Of a stretch of 64,000 nt of DNA, positions 18,626 to 29,086 are shown one piece after another. The stretch is from contig CAZDOJ010000001.1 in NCBI GenBank assembly GCA_964507055.1, positions 593,313-657,312 of the forward strand, in the 5' to 3' direction. Origin of the DNA: an uncultured Gammaproteobacteria bacterium. Its GTDB lineage: Bacteria > Patescibacteriota > Microgenomatia > Levybacterales > UBA12049. Positions within the stretch are counted from its first letter, which is position 1. Each line of letters opens with the position of its first letter. The position numbers and the translations under genes were made by a program. The notes beneath the pieces were generated by a model. That model did not search any database. It was not told the origin of the DNA and saw only the letters and a list, made by a program, of their open reading frames with translations.

Positions 18626-20629
18626 ATGAAATTTCAGATTGAATCTAAGTTTAAACCTACAGGAGATCAACCAAAAGCAATCGAGACTCTCACCAAAAAT
18701 ATAAAAGATGGTGCAAAACATCAAACGCTTCTCGGTGTTACGGGTAGTGGAAAAACATTTACAATGGCGAATACCATCCAAAATGTGCAGAAACCAACTT
18801 TGATCATCTCTCATAATAAAACCCTTGCCGGCCAGTTATACCAGGAATTTAGAGACTTTTTCCCAAATAATGCTGTTTCATATTTTGTTTCTTATTACGA
18901 TTATTATCAACCAGAAGCATATATGCCTTCAACTGATACATATATTGAGAAAGAATCCGAGATTAATGAAGAAATCGATCGTTTACGCTTAGCTGCAACG
19001 ACTAACTTACTCACTAGAAAAGACGTTATCGTCGTAGCATCGGTTTCATGTATTTATAATCTTGGATCGCCCGTCGAATACGGCAAATTCGTATTGGAAT
19101 TGAAAAAAGGTATGAAGATAAGACAATCCGATATTCTTGTGCGTCTAACGGATTTACAGTATGAAAGAAACGATTATGAATTTCGCCGTGGATCATTCCG
19201 AGTTCGGGGAAATGCCATTGATCTTTTTCCAGCATATGTTGAGCATGGAATCAGGATTGAAGTAAGTGAATTTATCACCACCATGTACGAATTCGATCCG
19301 CTAACCGGAGATATCATCAATGGGCTGGAAGCCACAATTATTTATCCTGCAAAACATTACATGACTGATCCTCGAACGTATCATGATGCATTCGAAAAAA
19401 TTAATATAGATTTGGATAAGCAGGTTGCGAAGCTGAAATCCGAAAATAAACTCCTTGAGGCACAAAGACTTGCTCAAAGAACCCATTATGATCTTGAAAT
19501 GATTAAAGAGGTAGGTTATGTCAATGGTATTGAGAACTATTCAACCTATTTCGATAACCGTAACCCTGGGGATCCACCATATTCTTTAATCGATTACTTC
19601 CAGGCTGCTTCAGATGATTGGCTTTTATTAATTGATGAATCTCATATTACCATTCCACAACTTCGGGGAATGTATAACGGAGACCAAGCAAGAAAGAGAA
19701 CTTTGATCGATTACGGATTCCGTTTGCCTTCTGCTTTGGACAATCGTCCGCTTAAGTTTGATGAATTCATGCGTAAAACCAATCAAATCGTCTATGTGTC
19801 AGCAACTCCAGATGATTACGAAGTTTCACTATCACAGGAAACTGAGAACGGAATCGTCGAGCAATTGATCCGTCCAACCGGACTTGTAGATCCTGAAATT
19901 ATTATCAAACCAAGTGCAGGACAAATTGAAGATCTTTTAAAAGAGATAAAAGAACGTGTGGCTCAAAAACAAAGAGTTCTCGTGACAACATTGACCAAAC
20001 GAATGTCTGAAGAGCTTACTAGCTATCTTGAAGAGAAAGGTGTAAAAGTTGCGTATTTACATTCAGATATTGTGACATTGCAACGACAAGATGTTTTGGA
20101 TAGCTTACGTGCAGGAGAATATGATGTGGTGGTAGGAATCAATTTACTTCGTGAAGGATTGGATTTGCCTGAAGTTTCACTTGTGGCAATACTTGACGCT
20201 GATAAAGAAGGCTTCCTCCGATCACGAACTTCTTTGATTCAAACCATGGGACGTGCCGCTCGAAATGTTGATGCGAAAGTAATTATGTACGCTGATCGAA
20301 TTACAAAGTCTATGCAGGCAGCAATTGATGAAGGAGAACGTCGTAGAACAATTCAATTAGCCTACAATAAAGAACATAACATCACACCGCAAACAATTAT
20401 TAAAGCAATCCGTGCAAAGCTTGTTGATCAAAAAGAAGAGGAAGCAAAAGCAACTGTTGAGTCACTTATGCAATTTAGCGCTAAAGATGTATTATTGCCA
20501 GATGAACGGGAAACTTTATTGAAGGACTTACGAAGAGAGATGAAGGGAGCTGCGGAACGATTAGATTTTGAAATGGCTATTTCTCTTAGAGATAAAATTA
20601 AACAGGTACAAAAGAAGAAAGGTAAATAA
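18626..20629 (+). CDS. uvrB: Excinuclease ABC subunit B
   Basis: GVTGSGKTFTMAN Walker A, helicase motifs and a C-terminal UvrB/UvrC interaction motif. Start chosen at MKFQIESKF. Confidence 0.95.
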   Translation: MKFQIESKFKPTGDQPKAIETLTKNIKDGAKHQTLLGVTGSGKTFTMANTIQNVQKPTLIISHNKTLAGQLYQEFRDFFPNNAVSYFVSYYDYYQPEAYMPSTDTYIEKESEINEEIDRLRLAATTNLLTRKDVIVVASVSCIYNLGSPVEYGKFVLELKKGMKIRQSDILVRLTDLQYERNDYEFRRGSFRVRGNAIDLFPAYVEHGIRIEVSEFITTMYEFDPLTGDIINGLEATIIYPAKHYMTDPRTYHDAFEKINIDLDKQVAKLKSENKLLEAQRLAQRTHYDLEMIKEVGYVNGIENYSTYFDNRNPGDPPYSLIDYFQAASDDWLLLIDESHITIPQLRGMYNGDQARKRTLIDYGFRLPSALDNRPLKFDEFMRKTNQIVYVSATPDDYEVSLSQETENGIVEQLIRPTGLVDPEIIIKPSAGQIEDLLKEIKERVAQKQRVLVTTLTKRMSEELTSYLEEKGVKVAYLHSDIVTLQRQDVLDSLRAGEYDVVVGINLLREGLDLPEVSLVAILDADKEGFLRSRTSLIQTMGRAARNVDAKVIMYADRITKSMQAAIDEGERRRTIQLAYNKEHNITPQTIIKAIRAKLVDQKEEEAKATVESLMQFSAKDVLLPDERETLLKDLRREMKGAAERLDFEMAISLRDKIKQVQKKKGK

Positions 20630-20637
20630 GACCGAAC

Positions 20638-22038
20638 TTACGCTCTTTCTACGAAGATCATATTTGTGGTTCCCACTTCGCCAAATGGTAAACCTGCAGC
20701 GATAACAAATGGCTGGTTAGCTTTTAGCTTATGTACAGGATTGTTTGCAGCAATATGCTTTGCTTGCTTTCGGAAGTCTTCAAAACCTTTTGTAGCCTTA
20801 ATCTCCATTGGGTAGACACCCCAAGTAAAGTTCAATTTACGTACAGTTGCAGGATTTGGTGATGCTGCGATAATTTGTTCCTTATGTCGGTGGCGTGAGA
20901 TATTACGAGCACATCGTCCTGTTTCGGTAAAGGCAATAATAAGCTCTGCACCGATTTGATCAGCTATATCTCCTGCTGAAGCACTTACAGCATGACTGAT
21001 TGATGAATTTTCGTTGAATTCAAGATGATCTCGATGCTTCACAGCTTCCTGAATAATGTTAGACATCGTTTCAACTGTTTCGACTGGGAAAGCTCCACGT
21101 GCTGTTTCAGCTGAAAGCATAACGCAATCTGTGCCATCCAAGATAGCATTCGCAACGTCAGTTACTTCAGCTCTTGTTGGGATAGAACGACTTACCATAG
21201 ATTCAAGCATTTGTGTCGCTGTAATAACTGGCTTAGATTTACTCAAGCAAAGGTTAATAAGATCTTTTTGGATGTGAGGAACTTTTGCCATTGGAACAGC
21301 CAATCCCATATCTCCTCGAGCAACCATCAAAGCATCTGCAACTTCAAGAATTGATTCTGCATTTTCAACGCCACCTGCTGTCTCAATCTTTGCAACAGTC
21401 ATGATTGGAGAATTCTTTGGAAGTAATGCTTTGACTTCATTAACATCATCAGCTGATTGAACAAATGAAAGTGCAAGTGCATCAACATCCATCTTAACCA
21501 TAAGCTTGATAGAATTTTTATCTTTTTCTGAAATACCAGTCTTACTCAATGCAATTCCTTCAGCAAGGAAACCCTTTCGTGAAAGAAGTGGGCCACCAAC
21601 AGTAACAACAGCCTCAATTCCTTCTTTGGTTTTTTTCTCAGCTCGAAGCTTGATAGCTCCATCATCAACATAGATCTCAGCACCAGGCTCGATCATGTCG
21701 ATAATGTCTGCGTAATTTAATGAGAATTTTTCTGCAGTACCGGTGATGTGTTCTCGAACAATAGTAACTTTGTGGCCTTTAACTAATTCTGCACCTTCGG
21801 CAATTTCTTCAATACGGATTTTTGGACCAGCCAAATCGCCCATAATTGCAACTGGTCTGCCAGCAGCTTTTTCAGCTTTACGAATCCAATTAAATCTATT
21901 GTCAATTTCTTCTTGTGTTGCGTGTGAGAGATTAATACGGAAAACATCCACGCCTGCATTTACTAAAGCGAGTACTGTTTCATAATTATCACTTGAAGGA
22001 CCTGTGGTCGCTACTATTTTTACTGGTTTCATCTTCAT
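20638..22038 (-). CDS. pyk: Pyruvate kinase
   Basis: MKPVKIVATTGPSS...MVARGDLG are canonical PK motifs. Confidence 0.95.
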   Translation of the reverse strand: MKMKPVKIVATTGPSSDNYETVLALVNAGVDVFRINLSHATQEEIDNRFNWIRKAEKAAGRPVAIMGDLAGPKIRIEEIAEGAELVKGHKVTIVREHITGTAEKFSLNYADIIDMIEPGAEIYVDDGAIKLRAEKKTKEGIEAVVTVGGPLLSRKGFLAEGIALSKTGISEKDKNSIKLMVKMDVDALALSFVQSADDVNEVKALLPKNSPIMTVAKIETAGGVENAESILEVADALMVARGDMGLAVPMAKVPHIQKDLINLCLSKSKPVITATQMLESMVSRSIPTRAEVTDVANAILDGTDCVMLSAETARGAFPVETVETMSNIIQEAVKHRDHLEFNENSSISHAVSASAGDIADQIGAELIIAFTETGRCARNISRHRHKEQIIAASPNPATVRKLNFTWGVYPMEIKATKGFEDFRKQAKHIAANNPVHKLKANQPFVIAAGLPFGEVGTTNMIFVERA

Positions 22039-22044
22039 AGAAAA

Positions 22045-22070
22045 ATAAGAGCCCGGATCAAGTCCGGGGC
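22045..22070 (-). terminator. Rho-independent terminator after yraN (GC stem cccgga/tccggg followed by a U-run on the minus strand)
   Basis: Inverted repeat gcccggatcaagtccggggc with an A-run on the plus strand to its left. Confidence 0.5.
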
Positions 22071-22086
22071 AACAATAAGTATATAC

Positions 22087-22470
22087 CTAACTGATGTTTT
22101 TGACAAGGTCTATTGTTAAGAGTTCTTTGTTTTTATTTAGAATGACTGCGATTGCATCAATTCTCATAAGAGATGGCAAATTGGGATGATTCATTTTATA
22201 AATATATGCTGCACGAATGAGCGTTTTCATTTTATAGTAACCAATTGCTTCAAATGGAGTCCCAAAATCCTCAGAAGTCCGAGTTTTTACCTCGACAAAT
22301 ACAAGGGTTTTCAAACCTAACGCTGAAATTTCAATGGCAATAATATCGATCTCTCCTCCACGAATTCTGAAGTTACGATCAATGATTTGATATCCTTTTC
22401 GTCGAAGAAATGAGGCTGCTAATTCTTCACCACGTTTCCCCTCTTCTATTTTATCTATACGCATGTACAA
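22087..22470 (-). CDS. yraN: YraN-family (UPF0102) endonuclease-like protein
   Basis: GEELAASFLRRKGYQIIDRNFRIRGGEIDIIA is the conserved YraN core. Confidence 0.8.
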   Translation of the reverse strand: MYMRIDKIEEGKRGEELAASFLRRKGYQIIDRNFRIRGGEIDIIAIEISALGLKTLVFVEVKTRTSEDFGTPFEAIGYYKMKTLIRAAYIYKMNHPNLPSLMRIDAIAVILNKNKELLTIDLVKNIS

Positions 22471-22500
22471 TATAATTGTATATGCAGAGTAGATAAATGT

Positions 22501-22770
22501 CTAATTTAGATTATTGAGGAATTCTAAAACTTTCCTCCCACGTGGAGTTATCGTATGCAAAACAAAATTTGCATCATTGGTTTTAACGATAAGCCCAGCA
22601 TACACCAATCGACGCAAGTGCTCACTTGCTGTTTTAAAATTGATATCCAACCGCTGAGAAATCTCCTGCAGAGAAAGTTCTGACTCTTTTTCAAGCAATT
22701 CTAAAATATCTAAGCGACGATGATTCGCAAATCCTTTGACGATTGTTTCAAGCTGGGTATTAGTACGCAT
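22501..22770 (-). CDS. ArsR/SmtB-family winged-helix transcriptional regulator (start taken at MRTNTQ)
   Basis: HRRLDILELLEKESELSLQEISQRLDINFKTASEHLRRLVYAGLI is an HTH motif. The longer ORF up to 22869 would run through the rplS terminator hairpin. Confidence 0.6.
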   Translation of the reverse strand: MRTNTQLETIVKGFANHRRLDILELLEKESELSLQEISQRLDINFKTASEHLRRLVYAGLIVKTNDANFVLHTITPRGRKVLEFLNNLN

Positions 22771-22857
22771 AATGAGAAAATTAAATGTAAGCTGTTGAGT
22801 TATTCTTAATTTCTTAAGAATATAAGTTTTTATAATATAGCATTTTTGACAAAAAAA

Positions 22858-22877
22858 ATCCCGAACCAAGTCGGGAT
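22858..22877 (-). terminator. Rho-independent terminator downstream of rplS (stem atcccga/tcgggat, U-run on the minus strand)
   Basis: aaaaaaaatcccgaaccaagtcgggat read directly. Confidence 0.55.
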
Positions 22878-22900
22878 ATTATTAAAGCTAAAAACTGCTA

Positions 22901-23188
22901 TTACGAAGTCTTCTTTGTTTTTAGGTATGTTAATTTTGCTCTTCGGATTCTTCTCTTAGGATTTGCATCAACTTCAATTTTTTCAATATTTGGGGAATCA
23001 ACAGGCCAAATACGTTCAACAGCAATTTGTCCAACCATCTTTTGAACTGTAAACATTTTATTGCCTGTTCGGCCTTTAATACCAAGAACTACACCTTTAA
23101 AGATTTGAATACGAGTCTTGTCGCCTTCTTGAATCTTTTGGTGAACTTTAATGATATCTCCTGGTGCGAAATTAATTGATTGCAACAT
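22901..23188 (-). CDS. rplS: 50S ribosomal protein L19
   Basis: FAPGDIIKVHQKIQEGDKTRIQIFKGVVLGIKG is the L19 signature. Confidence 0.95.
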   Translation of the reverse strand: MLQSINFAPGDIIKVHQKIQEGDKTRIQIFKGVVLGIKGRTGNKMFTVQKMVGQIAVERIWPVDSPNIEKIEVDANPKRRIRRAKLTYLKTKKTS

Positions 23189-23235
23189 ATTTGTGTATTA
23201 TAGCGAAAATGTTCGGATTACTCAAGCTTTAAAAA

Positions 23236-24909
23236 TTATTTGTTCTTTGCGGCAGCAGCAACCAATCCAAGAAACACTGGATGTGGTTTAAGAGGGCGAC
23301 TCTTGTACTCTGGATGACCCTGTGTACCGATATAATAAGGATGATCAGGTACTTCAATAATTTCAACAAGTCCCTCTTGTACTGATCGAGCTGAAATAAC
23401 TAATCCTGCCTTTTCTAAATCTTCAGCAAACTTTCCATTTACTTCATATCTATGTCGATGACGCTCTGATGTTAATCCTTTTGACTCATCAATAAACTGA
23501 TCATATTTTTTATAAAGCTCCCAAGCCAATGTCTTTTTCTTCACTTTTGCGTCCCATCCACCCAGACGCATCGTTCCACCATATGCTCGTCGTTCCATCA
23601 ATTCTTTTTGTGTTGGAATCATATAAATGACTGGATGCTTCGTTTTAGGCACGTTTTCAGTGGTATTTGCATCCCGCCATTTTAGCACTCCACGAGCGAA
23701 AGCGATAACAGCGAGTTGCATACCATAACAAAGACCCAAATATGGGATATTATTTGTACGTGCATAATCTGCTGCTGCGATCATTCCCTCAGCACCTCTT
23801 TCTCCCCAACCAATTGGCACAATGATCGCATCCGGTGTACCAATAATTTTCTCTGCACCGTCTTTTTCAATCTTCTCAGCACTAACCCAGTGAGTCTTTA
23901 TACCAACACCTTCAGCCCAACCTGCATGATCAATCGCATCAAATAATGCTGCATATGAATCACGAAGCTGATATTCTCCAGTTCCAAAGTACTTTCCAAT
24001 AATTGCGATATTAATTGTCTTTTTCTTTGGTGCTTTTACTTTTTCTACAAATTTTTTCCATTCCTTGAGCTTTGGTTCTTTGTACGTAAGACTAAATTTA
24101 GATAAGATTCTTTTTACAATTCCTTGCTCATGAAGCACAAGAGGAATTTCATATACTGTATCTAAGTCAGGATTGGAGATGATATCCTCTGGATGCATAT
24201 TGCAGAACAATGCGAAACGATCCTTTCTACGCTGATCAATTGGCTTTTCTGATCGAGCTATGATGAAATCAGGCTGAATACCCATTGAATTTAATGTCTT
24301 TACTGAAAGCTGTGTAGGCTTCGTTTTAGGCTCTCCTAAGTGCCCAGGTGTAGGAACATAGCTTACATGGACATGGATAACGTCTCCAGGGTTTCTGAGC
24401 GTCATGATACGTGATGCTTCATAATATAAAACATTTTGGTATTCACCAGCTGTTCCACCAAGCTCAATTAATACAATGTCAGCATTTTTCTTTTCACCAA
24501 GCCCTTTAATTCGGGAAATAATTTCATCAGTAATATGCGGGATAGCCTCTACATCTTCACCTTTATACTCAAATCGTCGTTCTCGATCGATAACTGTCTG
24601 ATAAATGCGTCCAATTGTTACGAAACTATCTTTATCCATTTCAACATCAAGGAATTTCTCGTATGTTCCGATATCCATATCCCCTTCTGTACCGTCTTCG
24701 CAAAGGAATGGATCTCCATGTTCAATAGGATTAATAGTACCTGCATCGAGGTTGAGATAATTTTCAAATTTAATAGGGGCGACTGTAAAACCTGCTTGTT
24801 TTAAGAGGAAAGCAATGGAAGCCGATGTAAGGCCTTTACCGATTCCGGAGATAACTCCTCCAGAGACAAATATATATTTCGTATGCTTTTTCAATTGTGT
24901 TCGGGGCAC
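23236..24909 (-). CDS. pyrG: CTP synthase
   Basis: N-terminal synthetase domain KYIFVSGGVISGIGKG and a C-terminal GATase domain (GLCYGMQ, HPE). Confidence 0.95.
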   Translation of the reverse strand: MPRTQLKKHTKYIFVSGGVISGIGKGLTSASIAFLLKQAGFTVAPIKFENYLNLDAGTINPIEHGDPFLCEDGTEGDMDIGTYEKFLDVEMDKDSFVTIGRIYQTVIDRERRFEYKGEDVEAIPHITDEIISRIKGLGEKKNADIVLIELGGTAGEYQNVLYYEASRIMTLRNPGDVIHVHVSYVPTPGHLGEPKTKPTQLSVKTLNSMGIQPDFIIARSEKPIDQRRKDRFALFCNMHPEDIISNPDLDTVYEIPLVLHEQGIVKRILSKFSLTYKEPKLKEWKKFVEKVKAPKKKTINIAIIGKYFGTGEYQLRDSYAALFDAIDHAGWAEGVGIKTHWVSAEKIEKDGAEKIIGTPDAIIVPIGWGERGAEGMIAAADYARTNNIPYLGLCYGMQLAVIAFARGVLKWRDANTTENVPKTKHPVIYMIPTQKELMERRAYGGTMRLGGWDAKVKKKTLAWELYKKYDQFIDESKGLTSERHRHRYEVNGKFAEDLEKAGLVISARSVQEGLVEIIEVPDHPYYIGTQGHPEYKSRPLKPHPVFLGLVAAAAKNK

Positions 24910-24950
24910 GATTTATGTTACCAAATCAAACTAAATGTGTCAATACGATA

Positions 24951-25376
24951 TTAATTGACCAGTTTCAGCTCATCTATATTTAAAACTACTAGTGGACCAT
25001 CTATATTTTTACAGACATTTTGAACACATTGCATCGTAGCACTTACAAACTTTCCTTGAATAATCATGACTGGTTTGTCTTCAAAAGGTTGTAAATCTAT
25101 TGAAGTTTTGCCAACTGTTACACTAAAAAAGTTGTTAGTACTATTCAGTCCATCAGAAACGACACCCTCTCCTTTATATGTAACACAATAGATCTCACGA
25201 TTTTGCACAGGTGAGGCATTCCATCCTTGGACTGGACATTGTTTCGTAATGATGTAGCCACCTTGTGGGTTATTGAGAGGAAAAAACTGTGGAGGTACTG
25301 CAGTAAAGAATTTCCAAAGAGAAACTCCAAGCAAAAAAAACAAAGTGACTGTAAAAATAATGCCAAACTTTTTCAT
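24951..25376 (-). CDS. Hypothetical secreted or membrane-anchored small protein
   Basis: N-terminal signal/TM (MKKFGIIFTVTLFFLLGVSLW). No recognisable domain. Confidence 0.4.
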   Translation of the reverse strand: MKKFGIIFTVTLFFLLGVSLWKFFTAVPPQFFPLNNPQGGYIITKQCPVQGWNASPVQNREIYCVTYKGEGVVSDGLNSTNNFFSVTVGKTSIDLQPFEDKPVMIIQGKFVSATMQCVQNVCKNIDGPLVVLNIDELKLVN

Positions 25377-25389
25377 AGATAAAAGTAAG

Positions 25390-25461
25390 GCAGATTATGA
25401 GCGGGCGATGGGAATCGGACCCACTGCCTTCTCCTTGGGAAGGAGACATTCTACCGGTGAA
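25390..25461 (-). tRNA. tRNA-Gly (anticodon CCC); CCA not encoded
   Basis: Manual fold of the reverse complement GCGGGCGTAGTTCACCGGTAGAATGTCTCCTTCCCAAGGAGAAGGCAGTGGGTCCGATTCCCATCGCCCGC. It has a 7-bp acceptor, anticodon loop TTCCCAA and a GGTCCGATTCC T-arm. Confidence 0.8.
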
Positions 25462-25550
25462 CTACGCCCGCAATAACACGGCTATAATAACAAATTTTGA
25501 AAGAGAATTCATTAGGGAAATTGTGGCTGGAGATTAGCTTGAAAAACCAA

Positions 25551-26423
25551 TCATTTAACGCGAGGAATTTTTAGCTTATTATCAGCATGGATCAAACTTG
25601 GATTTACCAATTTATTTGCTCGGGCAATATCTACCCATTTATAACCATTACCATATGCTCTAACTGAAATAGTCCAAAGTGAATCACCCTTAACTACTTG
25701 ATACGTATCTGTAGTGATCTTAGACCCAACAATTGATGATGATGTATTTTTTTGTTCTTTTTGTGCAACATCTGTTTTTGTATCTTCAATGGTTGGAGTC
25801 TTTGCAGTTACCTTTGGTAATTTTAATTTACTTCCTGTACTAATCTGTCCTGGATTGGACAAATTATTTGCTCGAGCGATATCTACCCAATTGTATCCAC
25901 TCTTATATTGTCTTTCGGCAATTGTCCAAAGACTATCGCCTGCTTTTACAGTATATTCACCTGCTGTTGGTGCTGAAATCTTTGTTTCTTCTTTTTGAGG
26001 AGCTTTTGTCGGAACTGTAGTTACCGTTGCAACGACCTTTGTCGGATTTGGAGTAACTGTTGGTGCATTGGTTGGTTTTGCAGTTGGAGGTAATGTTGGT
26101 CTTGCTGTCGGCTTTACAGAAGGTGCTGCAGTTACTGTTGCATTAATCTCTGTGTTGGCTTTTTCTTGAGGTGATACTGTTAATTGTAATGCTCTTTGTG
26201 AAATTTGAGCAATACTTTGGGATTCTTGCGTTACAGGATTTGTAGGTACAGAATTTCTGTTATGAACAAATGAGAGAAGAAGTGCTGTTGAGATAATAAC
26301 CACGACAATACCAAGAACCAAACTAGTGTATGACTCTCCAAATCGGAGATAGTCAAAGAATGTACTTGGTGTTTTTGATTCTTCCTGTGAAGGGATTTCC
26401 TCTTGAATTACTTTTTTTGGCAT
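25551..26423 (-). CDS. LysM-domain peptidoglycan-binding protein. It has an N-terminal TM, a Pro/Thr-rich linker and two LysM repeats.
   Basis: Two repeats of YTVKAGDSLWTIAERQY...WVDIARANNL / YQVVKGDSLWTISVRAY...WVDIARANKL. Confidence 0.8.
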   Translation of the reverse strand: MPKKVIQEEIPSQEESKTPSTFFDYLRFGESYTSLVLGIVVVIISTALLLSFVHNRNSVPTNPVTQESQSIAQISQRALQLTVSPQEKANTEINATVTAAPSVKPTARPTLPPTAKPTNAPTVTPNPTKVVATVTTVPTKAPQKEETKISAPTAGEYTVKAGDSLWTIAERQYKSGYNWVDIARANNLSNPGQISTGSKLKLPKVTAKTPTIEDTKTDVAQKEQKNTSSSIVGSKITTDTYQVVKGDSLWTISVRAYGNGYKWVDIARANKLVNPSLIHADNKLKIPRVK

Positions 26424-26521
26424 ATATTTAATGAGGCAGAAATTACTCTGGGAGAAGTAAAAACAGTATACATCAACTTCTGTAGTATTTCAACTTATAA
26501 TATTACTAGAAGTGATACTTG

Positions 26522-26595
26522 CGGGATGGACGGGACTCGAACCCGCGACCTCCTCCGTGACAGGGAGGCGCTCTAACCAACTGAGCTACCACCCC
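26522..26595 (-). tRNA. tRNA-Asp (anticodon GTC); the 3' end is GCA, not CCA
   Basis: Reverse complement GGGGTGGTAGCTCAGTTGGTTAGAGCGCCTCCCTGTCACGGAGGAGGTCGCGGGTTCGAGTCCCGTCCATCCCG. It has canonical D- and T-arms and anticodon loop CTGTCAC. Confidence 0.85.
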
Positions 26596-26690
26596 AAATA
26601 TTATTTGGGTACTAAAAACTCGAGTTTTTAGCAGTCGATACATTTTATCCTAATCTTGCACCCCCGTCAATCCTTTGCTACACTGCATTT

Positions 26691-28472
26691 GTGACGAATT
26701 TAGAGATCAGTAAAATCCTCAAAAATGTAGCTGCCGCATATAGTATTCAGGATGAAAAAAAGTACCGCTTTCAAATCCTTGCGTATCAAAAAGCTTCTGA
26801 ATCCATCGAACAAAGCCCGACAGAGCTTCGTGAATTATATAAAGACGGAAAGCTAGCTAGTATTCCAGGTGTTGGAGCGACATTGCAATCACGGCTCGAG
26901 GAATTACTAAGCACGGGTAAAGTTGCACATTTTGAAGAGGTATTTAAGCCTATCTCTCCCGCTGTTTTCCCTCTTCTGGATATTCCAAGTTTTGGACCAA
27001 AGAAAGCATATCGTCTAGTTTCTGAGTTTAAACTCCAAGATCCAGAAACAGTAATTCAGGATGTGGTTGGAATTGCCCAATCAGGCAAAATCGCGGATTT
27101 ACCAGGGTTTGGAGAGAAATCACAAGCAGATATTTTGAGAGCAATTGAAGAATATGGCCGCGGAAAAACGAAAACTGCACGAATGGTTCTTCCTTATGCA
27201 ATGGAGCTTGCACGCAAAATGATTGCGTATTTAAAAGAATCAGACGCAGTTTTGGAAGCCTCAACACTTGGGAGTTTAAGAAGAAGACGAGATACAATCG
27301 GAGACATCGATATTGCTGTCTCTACAAACAACCCTGTTGCAGTGTTGGATCACTTTACCGCATATCCTCATAAGGAACGAATTATTGAACGTGGAGAACG
27401 AACATCTTCCATTATTGTCTCTTCTGGGAAGCAAATCGACCTTATGGTTGAATCTCCTAAAGGATTTGGAGCGTTATTGCAACACTTTACAGGAAGTAAG
27501 GCACATAATGTCCATTTGCGTGAGTATGCACTCTCAAAAGGTCTCTCATTGTCTGATTACGGCATCCGTGAGCGTGGGTCAGATGGAGAATATACACTGT
27601 ATGATACTGAGGAAAGTTTTTATAAAGCTATTGGGTTACAATGGGTCCCTCCTGAAATGCGTGAGAATACAGGCGAAATCGAACTTGCATTACAAAATAA
27701 ATTACCAACAATCCTTGAGCTCTCGGATATGAAAGGGGATTTCCATTTGCATTCAAGCTATGATCTCGAACCAAGCCACGACATGGGAAGGAATTCAATG
27801 GAGGAGATGATCAAAAGAGCTATGGAACTCGGATATAAATATCTCGGATTTTCCGAACATAATCCAAGTATTTCCAAACATACGCAGAAACAAGTGTATG
27901 ATATTTTACTAAAACGGAAAGAGTTTATTGAAAAATTGGACGTAAAGTATAAAAAAGATATTCGAGTATTTTCATTACTCGAAACAGATATCCTTCCAAA
28001 TGGAGCACTTGCGATTGAAGACGATGCATTACAACTCCTTGATGGTTCAATCGTTTCAGTACATAGCGTATTTAATATGGATGTTGATAAAATGACCGAA
28101 CGAGTCTTAAAAGGTTTGTCTCATCCAAAGGCAAGAATTTTGGCACATCCAACCGGAAGACTTTTGAACGAACGTCCTTCATATGAACTTCATTGGGATA
28201 AGATCTTCGATTTTTGTGTAGCAAATAATAAGGCTTTAGAAATCAATTCTTCTCCATCACGACTTGATTTACCTGATGTGCTCGTCCGAGAAGCAATTAA
28301 GAAAGGTGTAAAACTCTTTATTGATACAGATAGCCATGCTGTTGAACAAATGGATCTTATGGAATATGGAGTGACAGTCGCACGACGAGGCTGGGCCACT
28401 CCAGGTGACATTTTGAATGCGTTGCCATATAATGAACTTGACCGCTGGTTTAAAGGAGGTGATTTGAAATGA
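26691..28472 (+). CDS. polX: Family X DNA polymerase with a C-terminal PHP (histidinol-phosphatase) domain
   Basis: HhH motifs, then a Pol beta-like nucleotidyltransferase ([17 protein letters not shown]), then a PHP domain ([10 protein letters not shown]...). Confidence 0.85.
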   Translation: MTNLEISKILKNVAAAYSIQDEKKYRFQILAYQKASESIEQSPTELRELYKDGKLASIPGVGATLQSRLEELLSTGKVAHFEEVFKPISPAVFPLLDIPSFGPKKAYRLVSEFKLQDPETVIQDVVGIAQSGKIADLPGFGEKSQADILRAIEEYGRGKTKTARMVLPYAMELARKMIAYLKESDAVLEASTLGSLRRRRDTIGDIDIAVSTNNPVAVLDHFTAYPHKERIIERGERTSSIIVSSGKQIDLMVESPKGFGALLQHFTGSKAHNVHLREYALSKGLSLSDYGIRERGSDGEYTLYDTEESFYKAIGLQWVPPEMRENTGEIELALQNKLPTILELSDMKGDFHLHSSYDLEPSHDMGRNSMEEMIKRAMELGYKYLGFSEHNPSISKHTQKQVYDILLKRKEFIEKLDVKYKKDIRVFSLLETDILPNGALAIEDDALQLLDGSIVSVHSVFNMDVDKMTERVLKGLSHPKARILAHPTGRLLNERPSYELHWDKIFDFCVANNKALEINSSPSRLDLPDVLVREAIKKGVKLFIDTDSHAVEQMDLMEYGVTVARRGWATPGDILNALPYNELDRWFKGGDLK

Positions 28473-29020
28473 ATTCTACATTTATAGTAATTGGTGTTGT
28501 TGCAGCTTTAGTAATCTACGCTTGGTATGTCTACAACATGTTGGTAACAGCAAGGATGCGAATCCAAGAAGCACTCTCTCAAATTGATGTACAACTTAAG
28601 AGACGTACTGATTTAATCCCAAACCTTGTTGAAACAGTAAAAGGATACACAAAGCATGAAAAGGGTGTCTTAGAGAATGTTACAAAGGCTCGATCAGATT
28701 TAATGAAAGCTGATTCCATTCAGGAAAAAGCAGCTGCAAATAACGTCCTTTCAGATACATTGAAATCTCTTTTTGCAGTTTCAGAGAACTATCCTGACCT
28801 TAAAGCAAGTGCAAACTTCTTGAGTCTTCAGGAAGAACTTTCCGATACTGAAAATAAGATTGCATATTCAAGACAATTCTTGAATAGTAATGTTTTGGAT
28901 TACAACACAAAGATTCAATTGTTCCCTAATTCAGTAATCGCAGGATTATTTAAATTTAAGGAAGCAGACTTCTTTGCTGCTGATGAGGCAGACAAAAAAC
29001 CTGTTAAGGTTGAATTTTAA
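28469..29020 (+). CDS. lemA: LemA-family membrane protein
   Basis: N-terminal TM plus the LemA core ([32 protein letters not shown]). It is adjacent to htpX. Confidence 0.9.
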   Translation: MNSTFIVIGVVAALVIYAWYVYNMLVTARMRIQEALSQIDVQLKRRTDLIPNLVETVKGYTKHEKGVLENVTKARSDLMKADSIQEKAAANNVLSDTLKSLFAVSENYPDLKASANFLSLQEELSDTENKIAYSRQFLNSNVLDYNTKIQLFPNSVIAGLFKFKEADFFAADEADKKPVKVEF

Positions 29021-29086
29021 TTCGGTCTAGAAAATAACATACATTAATTTTCTCGAGTAATCGGGAAAATTTTTGTATGTAATGTC

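Noticed and set aside
22771-22869. 5' extension of the ArsR-like ORF
   Set aside because: The extension would read through the rplS terminator hairpin and its A/T tract, so the Met at 22770 is the preferred start.
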